From Minisyncoccota bacterium (GTDB lineage Bacteria; Patescibacteriota; Minisyncoccia; Minisyncoccales; JAGOPM01): a DNA stretch of 64,000 nt. Every line of letters begins with the position of its first letter. Position 1 is the stretch's first letter. The translations under genes and the position numbers were made by a program. Location: assembly GCA_041651395.1 (NCBI GenBank), contig JBAZJI010000001.1:89169-153168 (forward strand), written 5' to 3'. The notes under the pieces were generated by a model, which ran no database searches, was not told the DNA's origin, and was given only the letters and a program-made list of their open reading frames with translations. This document shows positions 47,880 to 55,124 of this stretch, one piece after another.

Positions 47880-49699
47880 TGGAGATAAGGAATTTTGTAA
47901 TCATTGCCCATATTGATCATGGCAAATCGACTTTAGCCGATAGGTTTTTGGAATTGACCAAAACAGTCCAAAAAAGCGATTTGCAGCCGCAATATTTGGA
48001 TGCCATGTCCTTGGAGCGCGAGCGGGGCATTACTATCAGGATGCACCCAGTTAGCATGCTTTATACTGACAGCGAAACGAAAAAGGAATACATTTTGAAC
48101 CTTATTGATACCCCCGGACATGTAGATTTTTCATACGAAGTTTCCCGCTCTTTGGCTGCGGTCGAGGGGGCGATTTTATTAGTAGATGCGGTTTCGGGCG
48201 TGCAAGCACAAACACTTTCTAATTTGGAAATGGCTCGCAAGCAGGGTTTGGTAATCGTGCCGGTTGTTAATAAGATTGATGCCCCCAACGCCCAGGTAGA
48301 GGAAACGATTATTGAAGTTTCCGAATTGCTGGGCTGCCATAGCGACGAGGTTCTCAAAGTTTCAGCCAAGAATAATATTAATATTGAGGCGGTAATAAAA
48401 AAAGTTATCGAGAAAGTTCCGGCACCTAAATTATTAGAGGCTAATGCTTTCCGCGCGTTGATTTTTGATTCACTTTACGATCCCTATAAGGGGGTAGTGG
48501 CATACACCAGAGTATTTGACGGCAAAATCGGCAAATACGAAAAAATCAGATTACTGCAAGAAAAAATCGACAGTGAGTCAAAGGAGGTCGGATTTTTTAA
48601 GCCCGAATTTACCCCACAGGAGAATTTGCGATCCGGTTTTATCGGTTATGTTGCCACAGGCATTAAAGATCCGGGCAAAGTCCATATCGGGGAGACGATT
48701 GCCAAAGGAGATGATATTACCCGGGCTGCTAATGGCGTTATTGGGGCTGTTTTGCCCTTGCCCGGATATAAAGAAGTCCGCCCGGTTGTTTTTGCCTCGC
48801 TTTATCCGCACAACAATGACGATTATGATTTCCTCAAGGATGCGCTTTCCAAATTGAGGCTTAATGATGCCGCTTTAGTTTACGAGCCGGAATCCAAACC
48901 GATTTTGGGCCGGGGATTTCGCTGCGGTTTTTTGGGAATGCTCCATGTAGAAATTACAACCGAGAGGCTCAGGCGCGATTTTAATTTAGACATTATAGTT
49001 TCGTATCCTTCTTTGGAATATAAAATTATCGAAAAAGGCGGTAAGGAGTATATAATTTCTTCGCCGGCTGACTGGCCCGACCAGAGCTTGGTGGAGAAAA
49101 CTTTAGAGCAATATGCTTGGTTGGAAATCGTGGCGCCTAGCCAATATTTGGGTGCGATTATGACCATGATGGACGATGTGGAAAAGACTTATATCGGCAC
49201 AGAGTATATTGGCATGCATAAAGTCATTTTGATTTTTGAAGTGCCTTTGCGCGAGATAATGACAGGATTTTTTGATAAGCTCAAATCGGTGACGCAGGGT
49301 TATGCCTCTATGGACTATAAGATTTTAGAATACCGCGACGCTAATTTGCGCAAATTGGAAATTTTACTTAATGGTACGCCCGAGGAAGGCTTTGCTCGGA
49401 TTTTTCCCGAATCCAAGATTTATTACGAGGCACGTAAAATTGCCGAAAAGCTTAAAGAGATTTTACCCCGGCAGCAGATTGCTATCCCTATTCAAGCCTG
49501 TGTCGGCGGGAAAGTTTTGGCCCGCGAAACCATTCCGGCTTTTCGCAAAGATGTAACCGGTTATCTTTATGGAGGGGATGTGACGCGTAAAAACAAACTG
49601 CTCGATAAGCAGAAAAAAGGCAAGAAACTAATGCAGAAAACCAGTACGGTAAAGGTTCCCCCTCAAGCTTATCTGGAAGTTTTTAAGCAAGATTTCTAA
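47879..49699 (+). CDS. lepA: Elongation factor 4
   Basis: IIAHIDHGKSTLADR G1, DTPGHVDF G3 and NKID G4 motifs. 606 aa with the characteristic LepA C-terminal domain. Confidence 0.97.
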   Translation: MEIRNFVIIAHIDHGKSTLADRFLELTKTVQKSDLQPQYLDAMSLERERGITIRMHPVSMLYTDSETKKEYILNLIDTPGHVDFSYEVSRSLAAVEGAILLVDAVSGVQAQTLSNLEMARKQGLVIVPVVNKIDAPNAQVEETIIEVSELLGCHSDEVLKVSAKNNINIEAVIKKVIEKVPAPKLLEANAFRALIFDSLYDPYKGVVAYTRVFDGKIGKYEKIRLLQEKIDSESKEVGFFKPEFTPQENLRSGFIGYVATGIKDPGKVHIGETIAKGDDITRAANGVIGAVLPLPGYKEVRPVVFASLYPHNNDDYDFLKDALSKLRLNDAALVYEPESKPILGRGFRCGFLGMLHVEITTERLRRDFNLDIIVSYPSLEYKIIEKGGKEYIISSPADWPDQSLVEKTLEQYAWLEIVAPSQYLGAIMTMMDDVEKTYIGTEYIGMHKVILIFEVPLREIMTGFFDKLKSVTQGYASMDYKILEYRDANLRKLEILLNGTPEEGFARIFPESKIYYEARKIAEKLKEILPRQQIAIPIQACVGGKVLARETIPAFRKDVTGYLYGGDVTRKNKLLDKQKKGKKLMQKTSTVKVPPQAYLEVFKQDF

Positions 49700-49725
49700 A
49701 AAAGCCCGCTTAATGCGGGCTTTTT
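49698..49725. terminator. Bidirectional Rho-independent terminator
   Basis: AAAAAA-GCCCGC (49704-49709) / GCGGGC (49715-49720)-TTTTT. Serves lepA (+) and the small minus-strand ORF. Confidence 0.85.
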
Positions 49726-49747
49726 AGCTGTTTGACTATGCGAATAT

Positions 49748-49843
49748 TTATTTGAATAAGGGGCTGATTAAACCTAGAATCATCACAAGGATGAATAAAG
49801 CTGCTAGAACTGCCCAAATTTTTTTGTGATATCTTTTGTCCAT
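49748..49843 (-). CDS. 31-aa single-TM small protein (MDKRYHKKIWAVLAALFILVMILGLISPLFK)
   Basis: ATG to TAA ORF below the ORF-track length cutoff. Basic N-terminus followed by one TM. A TGTAATAAT -10-like box lies 10 nt upstream of the ATG, and the bidirectional terminator lies downstream. Confidence 0.4.
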   Translation of the reverse strand: MDKRYHKKIWAVLAALFILVMILGLISPLFK

Positions 49844-49844
49844 A

Positions 49845-49873
49845 TTGGAATAAATTATTACAAGATGTATAAT
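49845..49873 (+). promoter_or_regulatory. Promoter of the FtsB/DivIC-like gene
   Basis: TTGGAA (49845-49850), 17-nt spacer, TATAAT (49868-49873). ATG 49883 is 9 nt downstream. Confidence 0.6.
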
Positions 49874-49882
49874 AAACCAGAA

Positions 49883-50302
49883 ATGGCTTCTAGGCAAGCA
49901 GTAAAATTTGTTAAACGTAAAGAAGGGGGGCAGGCCGGCGTCATTCCCTTGGTAGTTTTTTTGATTGCTATCGTCTTTTTTGCTTGGCAGAATATTTCCC
50001 TGATTGGTAAAAATAGTATTTTATCAAAGCGAGATGAGCAAATAAGGCAGGAATTGGAGCGAGAAAAATCCAAGCATCGGCTCCTAAAGGAAGAACAGGG
50101 GCGCTTAGCTTCCAGGGATTATGAAGAGGAGCTAATTAGAGAAAAGGCTATGTATAAAAAGCCGGGGGAGAAGATTGTTTATGTCTCCGGTTTAGAAAAA
50201 CCTGAAAAAAACAGTTCTTCAACCGGACACAATGTTGCCGAAAATAAATTTGATCTGGTTGCTTCGCTTTGGGAAGACTTTATCAAGATATTCAAACACT
50301 AG
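49883..50302 (+). CDS. Septum-formation initiator (FtsB/DivIC-like)
   Basis: Short basic N-terminus, one TM and a coiled coil (RQELEREKSKHRLLKEEQGRL), then the family-typical YEEELIREKAMYKKPGEKIV. The track ORF starts at 49826, but the promoter favours 49883. Confidence 0.7.
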   Translation: MASRQAVKFVKRKEGGQAGVIPLVVFLIAIVFFAWQNISLIGKNSILSKRDEQIRQELEREKSKHRLLKEEQGRLASRDYEEELIREKAMYKKPGEKIVYVSGLEKPEKNSSSTGHNVAENKFDLVASLWEDFIKIFKH

Positions 50303-50352
50303 CCTGTTGAAAAATATTTTGACAAATATTTTTGTGTTGATATATTGCTCGT

Positions 50353-50485
50353 AGGGATTTACTTTTTTGCTTGGGCTCGAAGGAACCCAAACGCGAAAGC
50401 AGCTTTTTTAGGGGCCATTGCCCTTAAGAAGTTTGTTTTCGGTTTATTATCCCTTGAGGCGCAAACATTAGTTGCGCTTTTGTCA
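50353..50485 (+). ncRNA. Candidate small RNA (unclassified)
   Basis: Promoter TTGACA (50319-50324), 16-nt spacer, TATATT (50341-50346). Internal hairpin AGGGGC/GCCCTT (50410-50425). Terminator GCGCAA(A)C / GTTGCGC + TTTTG (50459-50483). No ORF. Confidence 0.35.
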
Positions 50486-50518
50486 AATATTTGCCATACT
50501 TAGTCGGAATAAAATTTG

Positions 50519-50589
50519 GCGGGTATCGTATAATGGTATTACATGACCTTCCCAAGGTTAGGACACGGGTTCGATTCCCGTTACCCGCT
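50519..50589 (+). tRNA. tRNA-Gly (anticodon CCC)
   Basis: Manual cloverleaf. Acceptor GCGGGTA/TACCCGC. Anticodon arm TGACC-TTCCCAA-GGTTA. T arm ACGGG-TTCGATT-CCCGT. Discriminator U. CCA is not encoded. Confidence 0.9.
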
Positions 50590-50591
50590 CA

Positions 50592-50724
50592 TCTGAGCCT
50601 TCCCGCAGGGAATATAATACGGGAACGGAATAGAATCGAAGACGGAGTGCCGACTGGGCGCGAGTCGGGCCTAAGAGCGCGAGCAACGGCGAGCGACTCG
50701 AAGGCGATTCCCGTTACCCGCTCA
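50592..50724 (+). other. Truncated tRNA-Gly-like module with an 86-nt GC-rich T-loop region, ending in a 20-nt repeat of the tRNA 3' end
   Basis: The 20-mer cgattcccgttacccgctca occurs at 50572-50591 and 50705-50724. 50594-50610 resembles the anticodon arm. ACGGG 50619-50623 pairs with CCCGT 50710-50714. The region is homologous to 53144-53297. Confidence 0.55.
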
Positions 50725-50863
50725 GAATTCCTTCGATTTTTCTCTTATTTGTTATTATTATTTTAACTAACAGCAAATCCGCTCAAGGCGGATTTTTCGC
50801 ATGTGGAAAAAAACTTTTGGGCAAAAGGGAAATGAGTCTATAATAAAGTAAATAACTTTGTAT

Positions 50864-52021
50864 ATGGTTACAAAGGAACTTCTTGATTATATTAAGAAAC
50901 AAATTGCCAAAGGTGTTAGCCAGGAGGATGTCAGAAAAATACTTTTGCAATACAAGTGGGCCGAGGGTGATATCGGGGAAGCTTTTAATGTTATAAATCA
51001 GGCCAATCAGCCAAAAGTTGAAAAGCCCAAGATTGAAGTAAAGCCTCTTGATGAATTTCGAACCCAGCAACAGGCGGCCAAGCCAGCCACTGTTAGCGAA
51101 GCTAAGCCTCAAGTATCGCAGGCACAACCACAAACCCAAGCGGCTCAACCCCAGTCTCAGGCCGGCCCAAAGCCTGCTCCGGCTCAACCTGTTTTGCAGT
51201 CTCAAAGGCCGCAAGCGCCCAGTATCCAAGCTAAGCCAGTGGGAGGTGCTCAGTCGTCAATACAGCCTCAACCTCAGCCGCAACCCCAAGCTCAGCAGCC
51301 TAAACCTCAGGTGCAAGTGACAGTTCAAAAGCCGGTTCTGGAGAGCAAGCCTCAAACTTCGTATCGCGAACCGGTAACCACTTCGCCCCAGGCGCAGCCT
51401 CAACCGGCCTTGCAGCCTCGTGGCGCGGGGCAAGCTAGAGGGGCGGCGCCGCAATTTAATTTTGGTCCAATAATAATAGGATTGGTAATTTTGGTAATAG
51501 TCGGCTTGGCCGGATTCTTCGGCTATAAGGCGATAAATGATGCTAAAAAGCGCGAGCCTCTTGTTAAGCCAGAACAACCTGTCGTAACTACAACCCAGCC
51601 GCAAGCTGAAACACCAAAGCCACAAGCGCCTCAGAATCTTTCCAGCCCGCAATCAGTTAGTGATGAATCGATTGTAAAAGAATTGGAAGCTGTCATTGCT
51701 TATTTCAAAAATAAATCGGCTTATTCGGCCGACGAGAAGGCGGATTTGGAACAGAGTAACGAACTGGTTAATTTATCGTTTTTCTTCCAGTTATATAATT
51801 CCAAAAATTCCAAGTATCCGGAAAATATTGGCGACATTGTTTCACTGGGGAATTATAAAATGCTTAAGGAATATTCCGTTTCAATGTATAATTTTGCATA
51901 TGGCAAGACCAATGCTGGGGAATTCCGAATTTGTGCCCAATATTCGAAAGGGTATAGGTGTTTTTTAAGTGACGACGTTTTTAGAACAAGAGCCAAGACT
52001 TATTTGAAAAATCTCAAATAA
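50864..52021 (+). CDS. Membrane-anchored protein with a short N-terminal helical domain, a P/Q-rich linker and a C-terminal extracytoplasmic domain
   Basis: The N-terminal LLDYIKKQIAKGVSQEDVRKILL domain is shared with the next gene. A QPQ/KPQ low-complexity stretch is followed by a TM (IIIGLVILVIVGLAGFFGY). First ATG at 50864; the track uses the TTG at 50858. Confidence 0.55.
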   Translation: MVTKELLDYIKKQIAKGVSQEDVRKILLQYKWAEGDIGEAFNVINQANQPKVEKPKIEVKPLDEFRTQQQAAKPATVSEAKPQVSQAQPQTQAAQPQSQAGPKPAPAQPVLQSQRPQAPSIQAKPVGGAQSSIQPQPQPQPQAQQPKPQVQVTVQKPVLESKPQTSYREPVTTSPQAQPQPALQPRGAGQARGAAPQFNFGPIIIGLVILVIVGLAGFFGYKAINDAKKREPLVKPEQPVVTTTQPQAETPKPQAPQNLSSPQSVSDESIVKELEAVIAYFKNKSAYSADEKADLEQSNELVNLSFFFQLYNSKNSKYPENIGDIVSLGNYKMLKEYSVSMYNFAYGKTNAGEFRICAQYSKGYRCFLSDDVFRTRAKTYLKNLK

Positions 52022-52023
52022 AC

Positions 52024-52497
52024 ATGGTCAGCCCGCACATTTTAGAATTTGTGCAGAAACAACTGTCGCAAGGCCAAAAGCCAGAGGAAATCAAGGCTCA
52101 TTTATTACAGATGGGAATTAATGAGGCTGTGGCTCAAGAAGCTCTCCAAACTTCCATTAGCCCTATCCGCCATGATTTATTTCACGAAGGGAACGAGAAC
52201 AAGGAAGCAATTATAATAACCAAAGATCAGCCCCAGCCAACCCAAATTCAAATAACGCCGCCTGCTCAAGATGGTAGGATAAAAGTTTTGCGAGAGGAGC
52301 CTAAAGATTTAGTTTCGGCGCATCAGGTTAGTGATACTTTGGCCAAGAGTGAGGATGTAGCGCCGGGGCAAGACTTTGAGGAGTCAAAAGAATTGGCCAA
52401 AGGTTTCTGGGATAATATTATCTTGGCCGCTATGGTTTTTGTTTTTCTGTTGATAGTCATATTTGCGGCCTATTTCATCATTATAAGATTAAAATAA
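52024..52497 (+). CDS. Small paralogous protein (same N-terminal helical domain, C-terminal TM)
   Basis: ILEFVQKQLSQGQKPEEIKAHLL aligns with the N-terminus of the previous gene. C-terminal TM IILAAMVFVFLLIVIFAAYFIII. Confidence 0.5.
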   Translation: MVSPHILEFVQKQLSQGQKPEEIKAHLLQMGINEAVAQEALQTSISPIRHDLFHEGNENKEAIIITKDQPQPTQIQITPPAQDGRIKVLREEPKDLVSAHQVSDTLAKSEDVAPGQDFEESKELAKGFWDNIILAAMVFVFLLIVIFAAYFIIIRLK

Positions 52498-52513
52498 AAA
52501 ATAAATAAAAATA

Positions 52514-52966
52514 ATGAAAAAAACATTATTAGTTTTAGCCGGCTTAATTGCCGCCATGCCAGCAATGGCGCAGAATTATGACGAGTTCAATCAATTAGGA
52601 TCGTGGGCGGGATTATTTATGGCCTACGGAGTTTTTGTGTTCATCGCCGCCATAGCTTATTATATTGTCGCTGCCATTGGGATTATGAAGCTCGCCAAAA
52701 AGTTTAATATTCCTAATCCGTGGATGGCTTGGATTCCGATTCTCAATATTTGGCTTTTATTACAGATCGCCGGCCTTCAGTGGTGGTGGCTTTTGATCAT
52801 TTTATTCGGGGGGTTGGTACCGGTCGTTGGCACGATTATCTCGCTCTTGACCTCGGTTTATATTTGGATGTTAATTGCCAAAAAGGCCGGGAAGGACCAA
52901 TGGTTTGCCCTCCTTATGCTTATTCCAATCGTGAATCTTTGGGCTATTTTTGAGCTTGCCAAGTAA
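52514..52966 (+). CDS. Small multi-TM membrane protein with an internally repeated K-x-G/W-IP-N motif
   Basis: Signal-like N-terminus. Repeat units MKLAKKFNIPNPWMAWIPILNIW and MLIAKKAGKDQWFALLMLIPIVNLW. Confidence 0.5.
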   Translation: MKKTLLVLAGLIAAMPAMAQNYDEFNQLGSWAGLFMAYGVFVFIAAIAYYIVAAIGIMKLAKKFNIPNPWMAWIPILNIWLLLQIAGLQWWWLLIILFGGLVPVVGTIISLLTSVYIWMLIAKKAGKDQWFALLMLIPIVNLWAIFELAK

Positions 52967-52983
52967 AAAATAAAATAGAAAAG

Positions 52984-53006
52984 TCCGCCTGGATGGGCGG
53001 ATTTTT
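52984..53006 (+). terminator. Rho-independent terminator
   Basis: TCCGCC (52984-52989) / GGCGGA (52996-53001), then TTTTT. Confidence 0.8.
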
Positions 53007-53071
53007 CTGTTGAAAAATATGCCGATTTATGTTAAGATTTTTCAACAAGGAGCAGTTATCGCCCCTCAAGA

Positions 53072-53143
53072 GCCGATCTAGCTCAACGGTAGAGCAGCGG
53101 TATCGTAAACCGCAGGTTGGAGGTTCAAATCCTCTGATCGGCT
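53072..53143 (+). tRNA. tRNA-Thr (anticodon CGU)
   Basis: Manual cloverleaf. Acceptor GCCGATC/GATCGGC. D arm GCTC-AACGGTA-GAGC. Anticodon arm GCGGT-ATCGTAA-ACCGC. Variable loop AGGTT. T arm GGAGG-TTCAAAT-CCTCT. Confidence 0.9.
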
Positions 53144-53297
53144 CCTGGGGGGCGATTGGCCTTTAGACTCTTTTGTAAAGAGGAGGTTGGGGGCTTTGCG
53201 CGTTAGCGCAAAGGGCGCAGGCGCGACCGGCGCCGAGCCGGGCCCTGAGGCACGAACAGCAGTGAGTGACCGAAGGGCAAGTCCTCTCATCGGCTCA
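53144..53297 (+). other. Truncated tRNA-Thr-like module (UGU anticodon-type hairpin) with an 89-nt GC-rich T-loop region, ending in a 15-nt repeat of the tRNA 3' end
   Basis: Hairpin ACTCT-TTTGTAA-AGAGG (53167-53183). AGGTT 53184-53188 is identical to the tRNA variable loop. GGGGG 53189-53193 pairs with CCTCT 53283-53287. tcctct[g/c]atcggctc occurs at 53130-53144 and 53282-53296. Confidence 0.55.
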
Positions 53298-53317
53298 GGT
53301 AAAATAACACCATTAAG

Positions 53318-54431
53318 ATGGAATATAATATCTACGATATCCAAGAATTAGAAAAACGCATCGTCCATCTTATGGATTGTCTTTGACTTGGAGGCTAAAG
53401 CAAAACGCATCCAAGAATTAGAAAATCTGCAGGCCTCTCCTGATTTTTGGAATGATCCTCAAGAGGCGGCCAAGTTGCAAAAGGAGCTCTCCGACACCAA
53501 AGACGAGCTCGAAACCATAAAAGATCTGCAAAAAGAATCCAAAGAAATTGGGGAGCTTTTTGAGATGGCTCAAACGGATTCTAGTTTGCAGGAGGAATTG
53601 GATAAACATATCTCAGAGCTTAAGAAGAAGATTGAAAAGCAAGAAATGAAAGTATTTTTGTCCGGCAAATACGATAAGGGGGATGCAATCTTAAGTATTA
53701 ATTCCGGGGCAGGCGGCAACGAAGCCGAGGATTGGGCTTCTATGCTTTCTCGGATGTATCAAAGATGGGCCGACAAAAAAGGTTTTAGCATTTCTATCTT
53801 AGATGAAAGCCGGGGAGAGGTTAGCCCCGAAACCGGAAAAGCGGGGCTCAAGAGTATTTCCATGGAAATATCCGGAAAATATGCTTACGGCTATTTGCAT
53901 AAAGAGAGTGGCGTACATCGTTTAGTGCGTATTAGTCCATTTTCAGCCCAAAGCTTGAGACACACTTCTTTTGCTGGTGTTGAAGTGATGCCGCTCATTT
54001 CTGATATCGATGCGAAGTCTTTTGAGCTGAATCCGGCCGAAATCCGGATGGAAACTAGCAAATCTGGTGGAGCGGGCGGGCAAAATGTGAATAAGCGCGA
54101 AACGGCTGTTAGGATAGTGCATATACCAAGCAATATTGCTGTAACTTGTTCAAGTGAACGTTCACAGTTGCTCAACCGTGAAAAAGCGATTAAAATACTC
54201 AAGAGCAAACTGTTTCAATTAAAAGAGCAGGAGAGGCAGGAAGAAATTTCCAAGATGAAGGGCGAGAGGCGGAGTGTGGATTTTGGTAGCCAGATTAGGA
54301 GCTATGTATTGCACCCCTATAAGTTAGTTAAGGATTTACGTACCGATTATGAAACGAGCCAAGCCGAGGGAGTACTAGACGGAGATTTGGATGGATTCAT
54401 AGAGGCAGAGCTCAAAGATACAAGCATATGA
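53318..54431 (+). CDS. prfB: Peptide chain release factor 2 with a programmed +1 frameshift (join 53318..53383, 53385..54431)
   Basis: Frame 0 reads MEYNIYDIQELEKRIVHLMDCL and stops at CTT TGA C (53381-53387). The +1 frame continues DLEAKAKRIQELE. SPF (RISPFS) and GGQ (GAGGQNVNK) motifs are present. Confidence 0.93.
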
Positions 54432-55114
54432 GCTTAATCAAATTCGAACAGGTTAATAAAATTTATCATAATAAATCCGTCGGGCTGCATGATATCAATT
54501 TAGAAATAGCCAACGGAGAATTTTTGCTTGTTGTAGGTAAAACCGGTTCGGGAAAGTCCACTTTGCTTAAATTGGTAAATCGCGAAGAGGAACCAACTTC
54601 TGGAAAAATATTTTTTGACGGGGAGGATATTGCCCAAATAAAAAAGAGTGAAATCCATTCCTATCGTCAGAAATTTGGGGCGATATTCCAAGATATTCGC
54701 CTGATTTCTTCGAAAAGCATTTTTGAAAATATTGCTTTCGCCATGGAAATGATCGGGGCCACCGATGAGGATATTTTGCGCGACGTCCCGCAGATTTTGG
54801 ACATGGTGGGACTAAGGAATAAAAGCGGCAACTTTCCCAACGAGCTTTCGGGGGGTGAAAAACAAAAAGCGGCCATTGCCCGCGCCTTAATCCATCGGCC
54901 GGATGTAATTTTGGCCGATGAACCAACAGGGAGCCTTGATGCCTACAATACACGCGACGTAGTGGAAACTTTGCAGAAATTGAACTCTATGGGGACGACC
55001 ATTTTACTTGCAACCCACAACGAAAAGGTGGTTAATTTGTTAAAGAAGAGGGTCATTACTTTGGATGACGGGCAGATAATACGCGATCAAGCCAAAGGAA
55101 AATTTATTTTATAA
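54428..55114 (+). CDS. ftsE: Cell-division ABC ATPase FtsE
   Basis: Walker [10 protein letters not shown], signature LSGGEKQK, Walker [16 protein letters not shown] overlap with prfB, followed by ftsX. Confidence 0.9.
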   Translation: MSLIKFEQVNKIYHNKSVGLHDINLEIANGEFLLVVGKTGSGKSTLLKLVNREEEPTSGKIFFDGEDIAQIKKSEIHSYRQKFGAIFQDIRLISSKSIFENIAFAMEMIGATDEDILRDVPQILDMVGLRNKSGNFPNELSGGEKQKAAIARALIHRPDVILADEPTGSLDAYNTRDVVETLQKLNSMGTTILLATHNEKVVNLLKKRVITLDDGQIIRDQAKGKFIL

Positions 55115-55124
55115 GATTTTTTTT

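Noticed and set aside
50353-50485. Identifying the candidate sRNA as SRP RNA or 6S RNA
   Set aside because: There are superficial GAAGGAA/AGCAGC strings. The helix-8 arrangement (GNRA tetraloop directly flanked by the conserved asymmetric loops) is not reproduced. I cannot support a family assignment without a covariance-model search.
50491-50766. 91-aa plus-strand ORF spanning tRNA-Gly and the GC-rich element; likewise 53078-53344 (-) over tRNA-Thr and 56055-56339 (-) over tRNA-Gln
   Set aside because: These ORFs run straight through tRNA genes and structured GC-rich RNA. Their open frames are explained by the scarcity of stop codons in GC-rich sequence.
50783-51229. 148-aa minus-strand ORF rich in L/R
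   Set aside because: It is the complement of the P/Q-rich (CAG/CCN) coding stretch of 50864-52021. The repetitive LRL pattern is a by-product of that stretch.
51090-51450. Possible tandem DNA repeat or CRISPR-like periodicity
   Set aside because: This is imperfect codon-level repetition (CAA/CAG/CCN) inside an ORF that encodes a Q/P-rich linker. There are no unique spacers and no conserved repeat unit.
50572-53297. Classical tRNA-integrated prophage or genomic island bounded by att repeats
   Set aside because: Each repeat pair encloses only 113 nt (Gly) or 137 nt (Thr), not an island. No integrase, phage or plasmid gene occurs anywhere in the window. The genes between the two tRNAs look like ordinary small envelope proteins.
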